DNA of 64,000 nucleotides from Pavona decussata (Eukaryota): NCBI GenBank assembly GCA_977016875.1, contig CDRNST010000043.1, positions 1,364,001 to 1,428,000 of the forward strand, read 5' to 3'. Shown piece by piece: positions 39,797 to 52,600 of this stretch (position 1 is its first letter; each line of letters starts with the position of its first letter). The notes under the pieces were generated by a model. It saw only the letters and a program-made list of their open reading frames with translations, ran no database searches and was not told where the DNA came from. The position numbers and the translations under genes were made by a program.

Positions 39797-42349
39797 TATC
39801 TTTCCTCTTGTATACTGCTGTTTCCTCAGACTACCTTTTTTACTATCCTTCCAGGTGATGCGTTAACCGTTTGAAAAATCTGTAAAGGTCGGACATGAAG
39901 TAACCCTTCGATTGAGTATAAATACTCCTAGTTGTTTTATGGTTCAGAAACCAGAGATGAACGTCTTACAGAAGTGTGTATGCACTCCTGAGAGAGGAAG
40001 GAGGGGTTGTACTTCATATAGTGGATTACATGGGGTGGCTCGCTCGAAACGGTAGCCTTTTGCACCCATGTAGGGTCCCAAAACTGGACTAATTTTCAAT
40101 AACTTATTGAAAATTCCTCCGTCTTAACATATTTTTCAGGTATAAGAAAGGGATAGATTTTATGCTAAAGGGTAAGCTAGGGGTTCGACCCAGGCGTTAT
40201 CCCCCTCCCTTGTCTTGGTTTGTTTATCGGTACCTGACTGACGCTTCTATTTCACCGTTTCTCGACCTTTTGTAACTTGCGCTAGCCAATCACCATTTTA
40301 CCCCGACACTGTGCGATAAGCCACTTTTCGCCAGCGTTACTACTTTTCTGGTCTGTAGCCACATTAGTTTAACTTAATTTGAGCATATTGATCTTCATTT
40401 AATATGCTTACACTGACGTCAAGAAATAAGGAGGGGATTTTCCAATCAGTCGTAAGGCACAAGGCAAAGTACCCATGCCGCGACCAGAGGGTTTTCCCCT
40501 TGCTCTCGTATCGTCTACTGGAAAAAAATAGCGTTTAGTTTAAGTGCTTTCTGATTGGTTGGAAGACGTTCTGCTATGGCTGCACAAACGGCGTCATAAA
40601 TTTCCTGGGATTGTTTTCTAAGGGAAATAGAAAATTTTAACGTGCTTATATTCAATAAATCAAAACAGTAAATTCTTTTCAGAGAACTCTGCAAAACAGC
40701 AGTAGAAGCACTCGCATACGATTGGAGGACATTTCCTATTTTTAAACATTTTACATCAAAGAATACCTTCTCCGAGTGCGCATGTTCTGAGAACGGACTT
40801 TTGCTTCAAGTACCAGATGACTGACGATAGTCAAAAGTACTGTTATCTAAACGACAACAACGACAATTGGATTGTCACCATTTCCGTTTTGTTTCTCCAG
40901 AATCTGTGATCGGTAAACTATTCTTCAAGCAGTTGTTCAAGCGCCTTTGAAGAATATGAAAGCTGAATCAATTGTCAGTTGTCGCGCCTTTGCAGGCTCT
41001 CATCTTGCAATTTAAGGTGGCTCACCAGGGTTTCCAGCACTCCCTTTAGTTATAATTTGATCGATCATTACTGCCATCCTTTATCAGTGGATAACACAAT
41101 AATGGTATCAAACAAATTTAAAATGCCTTCACACTGGTAAACAAGTTATGGTAATTTATTTTCAAGTTCATAGGCTTCCATAGCAACAATGTAAGCTGTT
41201 AAAAACAGCCCTGATTTTAGCTTTAGGTGAATATAAGGTAGAGAAACCAGCTATAGCAGACTTCTTCACCAATAATTATGCATGTCTTTAATACCATTAT
41301 TGTTGTATCAGCTGATCAAGAGTGGTAATCTTGATCCATCAAAGTTTAAGTGCTGGAGACCAGTGCCAGCCAGCTTAACAAACATTCGGGAAAACAAACA
41401 TTACACCCGTAGGACTCGATTTCTTTATACTTCAAACTTCAATTACTGCAAACTCATTGATTGACTCAGGGAAACGAAAATTTTTAGAAACTGAATTTTT
41501 TTTAGCTGTGTTGTAACGAAAGGCTGTCGTTATGTTCTTATCACTCGCGGTAACTTTTTCTTCATAACACGGAGTTATAGAGTATGGGCCTGACTAAGGA
41601 CTTCCGACTGAAACTACTAAATTCTCCCCATTAAATTTGCCGTGGCTGAAAGATAAGATCTTCTTTCTCATTCCTTAAGTTTACATACCACTGAGTAAAA
41701 ACCGCCAGCTGACGTCGCCTGCATCAGTTTCTCTCTTGGTTTCCATTGTTTTTTCTATCAAATTTTCTCCTATTCATTCCGGAAGTGAAAACTCAATATT
41801 AAGCGATACGTTCTATGCCTTGGTACTGATCGTTGTGTCATCAAGTCCGTTCAGTCAGTAGTTTTGATTCTGTAAACGAAGTTGATAAACTATTGAGCAA
41901 CACTTCCCTGTGGTACACTGAGGATGGTTATAACTTACGAAATCAGCTGAATCAGGCACGAAATACTACTGATTATCAGTTTGTTTTCGTGAATCCTTCT
42001 TCTCGATTAATTCTACTGTCCTTCCCATTCTATCTATCTATAAAATATTTGCAATAAGTAGAAAGACAATTAACACACGAACCATTTGTTCATATTCTCG
42101 TCCCGTTGTTTCAACGTGTCGACTGAATCACTTGAATCACGGGTCACCGCCTATCGAAAATGAATCCGAGTGCGTCGGATTTCATTCAAAACGACCACTA
42201 GCGCGTATCCACACCGGTGTAAAATTTCCCTTTAAAGTATGTTCACAGTTGACGCTTTAGTGGGTAAAGCACTCCCGGGTCAGTGGAGGGTCAAGGAAAA
42301 AGCAATTCCATTTACCTGAGATCATTACGCGCGTCTCGAATCGCACTGT

Positions 42350-42507
42350 TGCTCATGCGTACGGAAGATTAGCAGTCTAGCCGTGTTGATCACGACCACC
42401 CATGACTAAGTTTACGAGTTTTCTTAGCGGCTTTTACAGCTTAGTATACTGACCCTTGAAGAGGCGGGATTTGGACGAAAGAAGACCAGGGCTGGGTGCA
42501 CAGCAAG
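42350..42507 (+). other. Putative 5' non-coding first exon of the large secreted-protein gene (start approximate)
   Basis: CpG-rich patch ending in the strong donor CAAG|GTAAGT at 42507/42508. It contains only a 16-codon uORF (ATG 42402). The next exon has an acceptor upstream of its ATG. Confidence 0.45.
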
Positions 42508-44724
42508 GTAAGTCTATTCGAGCTGTTTACCAAAGCGGTGAACCTCTTTGTGAAGAATGTAAAGCGCTCTTTCAAACCATGGCAAAGTCTGACGGGTACC
42601 TTGCAATGTCAAGGAAATTAAAGCGAGTGTATCGAGATTGCTTTCAATTTCTATAACCACTTGTTAATTTAAGAAAAGGGAGATATATTTTCTCTGATTT
42701 ACTTTTTGAAAACGTGTGAGTCATGCCCACGAATAAGCCAATAAGTGGTACTCGAAAACGATTGTAATAGTGATTCCAGTTTTGTCTACACCGTGTCGGG
42801 TTCTTTCATTCTATTGATAAGTTAAATAACGCGAAAGATAAATTTCTTAGTTTGTTTATCATGAACGCAAAGGTTGTTTTCAACAAGCTTTCTTTGTCTT
42901 TTGAAATTTGTTTTCTCTTTTAGCAAATCGCCAGTGTTCGTACATCACGTCAGATCTCAACATCAGAACAGTTGAACGGGTACCGAAGATTTTAACGCCG
43001 TGGTCGTTTCCAAAAATTTAAAATGACAGAAAAGTGAAAAGCAGCCAGCAAACCACTGGCAAGATTAAATTTGAACTGTCACACTTAAGGATTTATCCGT
43101 CACAGACTCGAGAGTTAGACCTACCTTGTACATCACGATAAACGGATGATCACAGCCAAGTATTGTTCGCCGGATAGATTTATATTTTAATCAGGTGACA
43201 AGTTGGAAAATTTATCCACACTCAAAAGTTATAAAAACACCTTGTACAGCATGGTGAACCGGCACCAAACGAAAGAACTGTCAGCCTGAATGTCAACGAT
43301 TTGGTCTCGTACTAGAATATTAATCATTAGGTACAACAGATACTCGCTGTCGATCTCCAAAATTTTGTTAACTGATTTTTGAAAATGTCATCGCTACATT
43401 GGCGTTCATTGGGACAAATAATTTTGATTTTCCCTAATTTGTCTCATTCGCCCAAATATTGTTATAAATAATGTCACTTTTGACCACAAGAATTAGTCGA
43501 ACTTCAGCACCAGCTCCTTCGATGCCACCCACTGGGTAGGCCCCGCGCAAATGAGCGCTCTTTGTAAAGGCTGATTTAGAGGTATCAATTTAGCGGCCCG
43601 ATTCGCAGGTTAAATCGCATGCTTCAATTTACACGTTACAAATCGTCGGCCGATTTCTTTTTGTGTCGGTGTAGCGCGGGGTTAATGTGGGCCTGATAAC
43701 AAAAACTGGCTGTAGCTCTGCCAAAGATTTTTATAAATCGGGTAGATTTTCGTCCGCTAATTCATTTTCCTTCGCCGAGTTGGGGCCAAATCGACTCGAT
43801 TAATCGCTACGTGTAAAAGAAGACAATTTAACGTAAAATTCATTTAAAATAGCAGACAGACAGGTTTTCTGGGCATCAGAATCGAAGTGTAAATAATAAA
43901 GTCAGTATTTTTGCCCCTGCTCAGGGAATTATAACAGAATCATTGGCCTCAAACATTTAGTTTAAATTTAAGGATTGTAATGAAAAAACGCTCTTAGATA
44001 TTTTCAAAGAAAATTACACGGTGGATGCCCCTTGGCGGGTTCAGCCGGTTCTTTTGTTCGTTCAGTCACCTTCAAGGCGCAGCCAAGTATGCTGTTTAAG
44101 TTCTTACGGATTATTAAATTCCCTGTTGTTAAAAACCTGGAAAACTACGTGACAATTACAAGCGTTGGAAAATTGGGTTCGGGTGAGTCACGTTAACGCA
44201 AAGATAAACTGGAAAAAAACCCGACCAATTGCACTGATTATGGAGAGAGGTCTGGAAAACCGTGAAAGAGAAAAACACTCAGGGGCTCAACTGATCAATC
44301 GTAAGTTTATTTTGCATCACTACTTGCAGATACAGTGTGAATGTCCCCAGAAATTCTAAAAATTTCTGAAAAAAAAAGCGTATTTCGGTTTTACCCATTT
44401 GCAGTAAACTCAGCAATTTCTAAATCGAATTGAATTCGTTTTACCTAATTTGAAAAGTAGTCCAGTTTATAGACTTCAACTGATTTCACATATCGATCAA
44501 AATCAAGAGAGGATGCAAAACGGATCAATAATCATAATATATAGCCATCCTCAGAAATAACTCAAGTTAAATAGATGAAGTAGATGACTGAAAAAAGTAG
44601 CTCTGGAGCAAAGAATCTCTGGAGAAAAGATCCCCCTCTTTAAATATTTTCTTTTTATTTTCTGCCAATTTGTCAATGTTGCATCTTTGGACACTGCAAG
44701 TCAAACCATTCAAATAGACAATAG

Positions 44725-44938
44725 GATAAGGCGGCTAGTTTCGAAAGAAACTGTGTTGCTGCGTAGGTCAACAGAGTTGATAAGGTAATTTAGTCACCGT
44801 AAAGAAGATTCAAGTGCTGATGTTAGCCCATCGTCAAGCTAATCTCTGACGAGGGGCTAACGCTCGCAACGTCAGCACTCGAATCTCTGTACGGTTGCTA
44901 AATATACCTTTTCAACTTTGTTGACTGATGAAACCAAA
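44725..44938 (-). mobile_element. Penelope-type palindromic retroelement with hammerhead-like core and 14-bp TSD
   Basis: CTGACGAGGGGCTAACGCTCGCAACGTCAG at 44846-44875. Exact flanking repeat CAAATAGACAATAG at 44711-44724 and 44939-44952. Confidence 0.8.
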
Positions 44939-45580
44939 CAAATAGACAATAGTCGAGCAATCAGTACAAGTGGGAACAATTGAACATTTTTTGTTACTTT
45001 TTAAGAAACCAAAAGTGTGCTTAGAAGCAAAATAACGCTGGTGTAATGAACCTTAACGGACCTTCAAATTTTGAATGTGTAAATTTTGAATTTTTCTTTC
45101 CGCCGCATGGAGAGGTGATCAACTGAAGAGTGCACATGGAATCTAAAAAACAAACATTCTATTGATCTTATTCTAGCAGTAGTTTATTTAACGACAAGGG
45201 CTCACCGCGCAATTCTGTTTCCATGCTTTAAAAATAACATATGAAGTAACAAAAACAGTCAAAGAATCGCTAATTTTTCCTACAGGGTCCAGGAATGGTC
45301 ACGTGAAGGAGATAATTTTTTTCCATAGCCAAAAGCTATAAACCGTTTGCAAGTGACGTACTCGCGCCAACGCCTCCCTCTCTAAATTGATAACCTGGAG
45401 GGCTTTAGGGAAAAATGTTTTCTTTTACCAGTACAGTTAGTTATTTTAAATATATCCAAAATTCGTCTGTCTGGCTTGGCATCTGGTTGAAATTTTTTCT
45501 TTAATGCCTCCTAGTAACAGCTCAGTTTTTAACAACCGCGCCAGCCGTTTATTCGACGAAATATTTCATGTGGTATATTT

Positions 45581-45598
45581 AACAATTATTCCACGAGC

Positions 45599-45637
<39 letters not shown>

Positions 45638-46157
45638 AAAGCGCCGAGTTGACTATAATCATCTCATATCCAACAAACGCGAGTGGAATAATTGTTTTAT
45701 TAAAAACAATCAAGAAATATTGTAAGTTATGGCTGGTTTCGCTTAGCAAGAACAACCAGAAGACCATTTAATGATCCCTATCCTCGGGCATGGTATAATA
45801 GCTCATATACCATGGCCGCTAAGCCAATCAAATCCCTCGAGTTGCATTATACAATGATCCATTTTTTAATAAATCATGTTATTAAAAACTGGATCATTGT
45901 ATAATGCAATTCCAGGGATTTGATTGGTTTAGCGCCGATGGTATATGAGCTATTATACCATGCCCGAGAAAAGGCGACCATTAAATTGTCTTCTGGTTGT
46001 TTTTGCAAGGCAAAATCACACGATCCAGCAATATTTCCGGATTGTTTTTAATAAAAAAATTATTCCACTCGCACTTGTTGGATATGAGATGATTATAGCC
46101 AACTCGACGCTACGTGCCTCGTTGGCTATCCTTCACACGCGCTCCTGGAATAATTGT
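45581..46157. mobile_element. ~580-bp palindrome made of two inverted copies of a ~290-bp hairpin-bearing element
   Basis: Arms meet at TTTTTAATAA-ATCATG-TTATTAAAAA (45863-45888). Each arm has its own internal hairpin (GTTGGATATGAGATGAT...ATCATCTCATATCCAAC). Confidence 0.88.
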
Positions 46158-46550
46158 CACCATACTCCGTCTGAGTCGTTCTCAATCTCATTTCAATAGC
46201 CACGTCATTTGATCAGTTACGAGTGGTTTGGTCCCGCGGGTTTAGTTGATCAGTTACGAGTAGTCCCGTCCCGCGGGTTTAGTACTGTTTTCATAGTTTA
46301 GTGCTGTTTCCATAAACTCGATAACAATCGCTTGCAACACTATAAAGAGTACATAGAGATGAATTTAGCACATTTTTATCTCAAACCTGCAACGATAATT
46401 TGTATATATTCATTCACGACATGAAAATGATGCTTAGATGTAGGTTATTGGACGGCTACAAGCAAATCTTCATGATTTTGAGGATTTCTTGGTGTTTCAG
46501 TCATGTGACTTTATGCAAACAACAAGCTATTTTGAAAACACGAAAATGTC

Positions 46551-46695
46551 TACCCTGCGTAGTAGGCGTTAGAAAGAGAAAGGGAGGAAGGGAATCGGAC
46601 TGACGCGACAGGCAAGGGAAGCGCGAAAGCTTCGCGCTTTGCGCGCACTTTCGATGTCGTCTTCTTTTCCCTTTTAGCGCCTGTCACGCATGTTA
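46551..46695. mobile_element. Short hairpin MITE
   Basis: TACCCTGCGTAGTAGGCGTTAGAAAG ... CTTTTAGCGCCTGTCACGCATGTTA ends, with a central GCGCGAAAGCTTCGCGC palindrome. Confidence 0.65.
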
Positions 46696-47306
46696 GAAAA
46701 TACGTGGAAGCAAAAAAATATGCGGGAAAAGAAGATCTTTCTTTCAGTAGTATGAACGTTAGCATATTACACGGCATTCATGGAAATCAGGCACCATTCA
46801 TTATTACCATAATTTCGTCTTTATAAATAGTTCTCCATAGGTTTGTTATTAGTATTAGTTAATTTTTAACAATTTTCCTCGTTGCCTGATGATTTTTTAA
46901 CCGTGAATAAATAAAGTTTTTGTTGACGGTTGTTGTCTTAGCAAGGGTTATTGAAATCCAGAAAGAAAATTGGGTATAACACGCATTTTTCAGAGACAAT
47001 CAAGAAAACACACGAGCAAAAAACAACAACAAAAACAAATAAAAAAAAATGCCTTACATTGTTACGCGTTTTAACGCTTTTTGGACGAATTATTGTTGCT
47101 TAATTATCTCTGAAAGATGCGTGTTACCCACTTTTCTTTTGGATTCCAATATCCCTTGCTAAGGTCTGTTTTTTTTTCGCACAACCATAAACGGTGCAGA
47201 AGTAACTCTGTCGCTAAATACAATCTCCTGCTTCAGGCGCTGAGTCAGTTTCTGCATACATGTGATCATTGTTCCGGTCTGGGTTCCACCCACTGCACCA
47301 GAGGTG

Positions 47307-47370
47307 ATGAACCTCTATGTCATCGTGCTTCTCCTCGCCATACAGGGACTGGCGTCAAGTTGTTGTGAAG
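47307..47370 (+). CDS. Signal-peptide exon MNLYVIVLLLAIQGLASSCCE(A)
   Basis: ATG in GTGATGA context, hydrophobic h-region, phase-1 donor G|GTAATG, and upstream acceptor CTTCAG at 47236. Confidence 0.8.
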
Positions 47371-49611
47371 GTAATGAAAAAATTAATTGGTGATACAGAA
47401 CTGTCCACTTGAAGTTGCTTATTATGTAATGTTAGTTCGTGAAATGAAATAGGGAGCTTTAACAACGACGACGTTGACGACAACGAGAACGTACAAAAAA
47501 AATAATAGTAAGAAAAACAAAACAAAACAAAAAACAATAGGCTTAATAATTAAAACAACAACTCTGCACATGCATGAGACATTTTGGTACGTTTCTTTGC
47601 CGTCACTGCATTGATAGGACGTTTTATGAAGGACGTAAACACACGACGACGAATTTTCCTTTCTCTTTCTAAACTTGGGTGCGGTCTCCAAAAATTCAAC
47701 TCCAGGATATTTAAGCTACTTTGACATTTAAAGTGAGTTGGAATAATCGCGACGTTTGAAAAAAACGCGAATTCAGTTTTAACAGTGACGTTTCGCTGCC
47801 GTCACCGTCGTCGTTGCTAAAGCTCCCTAACAGGGAGCTTAAGCAACAACGACGACAACGGCAACGAAAACGTCACCCAAAAATATATCCGCTTTATTTC
47901 ATTTGTGCTACTTCGCGATTATTTCAACTCGTTCAACTTTTACAAAAATGGCGAACTATCCAGGAACGAAATTGGTAGGAGTGGCGTACAAGTTAAGAAA
48001 GAAAATGAAAAATTGACCGTCGTGCGTTCACGTTCTCCACAAAAACTTAAATGTAGTTATTTCACGCTGTTGTTTTGCAGAGGACGGCAAAGAAATGTAC
48101 CAAAATGTAAAACGCACGTGGAGAGCGATTGTTTTTGCTCATTAAACCTATTGTTTTGAGGCGTTGTCGTTGCCGTCGCCGTCGTCGTTTCTTAAGCTCC
48201 AAAATATCTAGTCTCCTACGGGCCTCGTATTTCGTCTAAAAAATAAGGGGAGGGGTGGGCGTCTCCCCTAGATAAGTCGCTGATTGATTAGAACTACCTA
48301 GTACGGCATTGTAAACAGTTATACCATTGGAAAGTAGCTTTCAAACGAATGGAGACACGTGTCACCCACGAATGTGAAAGATCGCGTCATCGTTTTCCAG
48401 ATATTACGAATCCTTTGTAATACCGTTACAGACTGTGCATTCGGTGCTCTGGCTTGATATCCAAACATAACAACATAACATGAAACACACATCAAGGAAT
48501 ATTCATACTAAGTGAATCAGCCATATTTTCACATAGGATCACTGTAATGATCTGCTATACGAAAGGAACAAAGTGAACATGTAAACGATATAACGTACTA
48601 TGTGAAAATATAGTTCACAGGGCAGGACTCAAACCTCGGTCTCCTGCATTCAATTCATACGTGATAACCACTACACCTCTGGCGAACCCACAGTGAAAGC
48701 GGGCGAAATAACAGGGCTTATTCTTATTACCTTACTAAAATAACGGAGTCGCCCACTCACATAGCTTGTACATATATCTTGCTTTTAAACGTCTACTTGC
48801 TTAACTTCAATATAAACCGCGGCGTATAAGTGACATTCTCGTTAATTTTTTAGCCCAAAGTTCCGACCTCTTTGGCGACAAAGGATCATGGAAGGAGAAT
48901 GACTGGGATGAGAACAGTGGTAAGGAAAGCCAATCTAACGTTAGATTGCACGAGGCAAAGAGAAAAATCTTTGACCTTTACGGGAATCTAACCCACGATC
49001 ACCGGATTTGACCGCGGTTCGTTGCCCTACCGATTGAGCAACGAGGCCAGACGGAGCTATACGGGAGCACGTCGTGGGTGATTATGGTAGTAACTGCGGC
49101 AATGTGAAGTGTGAAGGGTCAAGTGAATGTGCGCCGCTAGCGCTAAGGACACAAATGATGGATCAGAGAATTAACTCTGCAGTGTATGTTAAGGTGGGCC
49201 GGGTTCGCTTGAGCACTTAAACTTACACTGCAGAGTTAATTCATCATATCCATCATTTGCGTCCTTAGTGATAGCGACACAACATTCATTTGTAATCTAA
49301 CGTCGTTTCTGAGTAATATCTGCGATCACACGAATACAGAAAAAAAGCGATCGTAAGCTATGCATGTGTTTGAACGCAATGCGATCGATATGTGATCACT
49401 ATACTTGCTACGTTTCATGTTTGCATACTATTGTTAGGCGCACTGACGTTTTTGTCAACGACCGCGGCTATCACGAAATAGGCTGTATGTACATATCGAA
49501 TGTTTGGTTTATCAACAGAGTTGATAAGTAAAAGTAAATTGGCCAGTGTAAAGGGATTCGAGTGCTAAGGTCTCGAGGGTTAGCCATTCGTCAGAGTTAA
49601 TCGTTCTACTC

Positions 49612-49646
<35 letters not shown>

Positions 49647-52600
49647 TAAGCCCCCTTATTCATGTACATATGTTTTGCAATCATGCAGAATCCTACATGG
49701 ACGAAACGTTAGCCGTTATTAGAATGAAAACAAACCACTCTTACCGTCACTAAGTCATTTTTCTAGATAGTCGAAGCGAGCTAAACATAAGCTCGATAAG
49801 ACTGGATCAAGATCCGAGAAACAGAATTCCCCGTTTGTGGTGGCAGGCTCGCTCGCTAAGGGCTTTTTGTTCTTGGCTCACTCGCATGAACATAATGAGT
49901 CGCTCACCCGCGTTACAATCTAGAGAGTGGCCTCTGGAAAACTGAAGCAACCCCTGAGTTACCTTTTGAAACATTTTCTCCATAAGCTTCAAGTACAGGA
50001 GAAGACGACGAGTTCACTGGATTTACCTCTGGTTCGAGTGCAAACGATCAAAGGCATGATGGCGAAAACTACCGGACGCTTCCGAGAATCTCACGAAAAT
50101 ATTCGAAGCAAAGATTCGTTACATCGGGTGACGGCGAGGATAAGGGTGGTTCCAGAGAGGATGATGGGAGGGACTCAAAGTCGCACAAGGATAAAGACCA
50201 AGGAAGCGCCAATGATGAATTTGATCCCAGTATCAATCTTGCAAAAAGTGAGTATGTTCCCGAACGAAAATCACCTCTTTGAACAATAAGCAGTCATACC
50301 TAGTGAACGAAGCACCCCTTGGACCATATTCAAGTGTTAAAGTATTATTGGGTGAGGGAGGGGTTAAAGGAGTTCGCTTATAAAACTTTTAAAATGCAGT
50401 TAAACGTGTGGTAACTGGCAGTTTTTCAATCCACGGAAGCTGGTCCCCGTTTTAACTGTCAAGTGAAGACGCTTTTAGAGATTAGCTCTTTTAAGCAGTC
50501 GCGGTCGCCTTCAACAAAGTACCAAAACCTAAACTAAAACTAAGCTAAATCACTTCATTTAAGTCTTAATGTACACTCTCAGATCGAATTGGAATTTAAA
50601 AATGTTGGGTTTTGAGGAGAGGGGAAAACCGGAACCATCCCGAGAAAAACCTCTCGGAGCAAGGATGAAAACCAACAACAAACTTAACCCACATTTGACG
50701 CCGAGAGTGGGGGGTCGAACATGGGTCACATTGGTGAGAGGCGAGTGTTCTCACCACTGCGCCATCCCTGCTCCCCAACGAGAATTTTAATTGTTTTAAT
50801 TACGGGGATGAGTGGCCAATACAGATACAGTGTTACAGTCCGCTCTTTGTGTGCTCAGGGTACATCGCGGAGCGGGTAGAGAGAGACACTCTGAGTTGAC
50901 GGAGGCAACCCGAGAATGTAGGGACCAACCTTGCCTCGTACCAGTGACCCTTCTGAATCTTATGACCGAAAGTACGACGGGCTAACCACTACAGCCCCTA
51001 ACATCCACAGAATCAGAGCACTAAAATGCATTAGTTCAATTTATATTAAGAGAACTTAATTTTCAAGCTCATCGGTCAATTGGTAGTAAGCCATTCCCTG
51101 AAACTGACAGCTTAACACTAGTTGCAATGTATGTTGCTGGATGTTGCCTTAGGAGAGGTGTTCACATACCGGTGGTATCTATTAGGGAGGGTTTGACTGC
51201 AGTATAGCTGCATTTACCATTGTTTATACACAATGTTTTATGTCCTATCTATTTTTTCCAGACTTGGTNNNNNNNNNNNNNNNNNNNNNNNNNNNNNNNN
51301 NNNNNNNNNNNNNNNNNNNNNNNNNNNNNNNNNNNNNNNNNNNNNNNNNNNNNNNNNNNNNNNNNNNNNNNNNNNNNNNNNNNNNNNNNNNNNNNNNNNN
51401 NNNNNNNNNNNNNNNNNNNNNNNNNNNNNNNNNNNNNNNNNNNCACTTAGCTACCCAAAGCTAGTTTACAGGCATTCCACTCAGAACTAACGGGAAACAA
51501 ATAATAATCAAATCGAACATAACATGTTAAAAATCCCAACTGGTAGGAGGCAAACCAGCTGGCTATTTACAAGCGTGGCCGAAGCGAGACTTGAACCCGG
51601 GACCTCCGGATTTCAGGTCCGGCGCCCTTACCACTGGGCCACGCCGCATCACCAATAGCTGTAGGTTCGTGGCTGCATTACCCTCCCCCACCAAAAAAGG
51701 TTGAACCCGTCACCGGTGACCATATCCCCTACTCTTTCCAAACAGTGGGTTCGTTAACGTCCCCTATAAATTTATATGGGGAGGTGAAGGGGGCAAGGAA
51801 AATGGGTCTGAGACAAGGCCTTGTGCACAACCACTATGATCTTATGATCCTACCAAGTTTTTAACTGAGACCTCCTTGGTGGCCGGCTTGAGCTTGAACC
51901 CATGATCTCCGCCTTAGCAAGACAGTACTCTCCCAACTGAGCCAACCGCGCGGCGGCGATCAGTTGGTTGGACAAGTTTAAAGAGATACTGAAAAAATGA
52001 TTTCTCTATTTTGCCTTTATGATATTTAGTTGGTGATGCTATAGACATAATGAAGAAGTTAAAGAAAGGTATGAATGTAATGAAATAAATAGGTACATTT
52101 TTTTTATTTTTGTTGATTATTTTCCTGTTTTATTTTCCAAAATAAATGGCAAGTAGATAAAATGGTTAAGTTTATGTTTTCAGAGCCGATCTCCGTAGTT
52201 TCACTTCATTTCATTTATTTGTTTTCTACACTCCTACTACTAATACACAAGTATTAGATAATTACAAATTAAAGCTGTTCAAAGCTGTGTGTCTGGTGCT
52301 CGTGTAACGTTGTAGCTTTTCTTATAAAGTTAACAAAAACGTGTTTCTTTGTTTCTTTCTATTTTCTCAGCCAAATCAGATCAGGAGTTAGCAAAAAAAC
52401 TTAAGTCAGGTAAGATATGTAAAATCCTTCCAGATTGTGTGTTTTATTTGATCTTGGAAACCCCTTTAGACTCAAAGCATTATTGCCTGCATATAAAGTC
52501 GCTGATAAAGCTAAAAAATCTAAGAAATAATAATAAGACAGCTAAAATTAACAAGTTGTAACACAGACATTTCTCCTTTTTATAACTTAGGCCCGGAGAG

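Noticed and set aside
42394-42402. Perfect GLI/Zic-type site GACCACCCA (second copy at 5837-5845)
   Set aside because: Two isolated 9-mers in 64 kb are too weak without conservation data
49927-50289. 120-aa ORF from the track
   Set aside because: It has a non-ATG start. The splice-bounded phase-1 exon 49987-50247 uses a different frame that fits the gene model.
51585-51648. tRNA-like sequences here and at ~48620, 48973, 50710, 51895, 55545 and 59618 as tRNA genes
   Set aside because: Acceptor or anticodon arms are broken and each is embedded in a repeat body, so they are retroposon modules
52170-52200. Acceptor-like TTTATGTTTTCAG as a further micro-exon
   Set aside because: The nearest GT gives 11 nt (a frameshift) with a weak donor, and no phase-1 donor occurs before a stop
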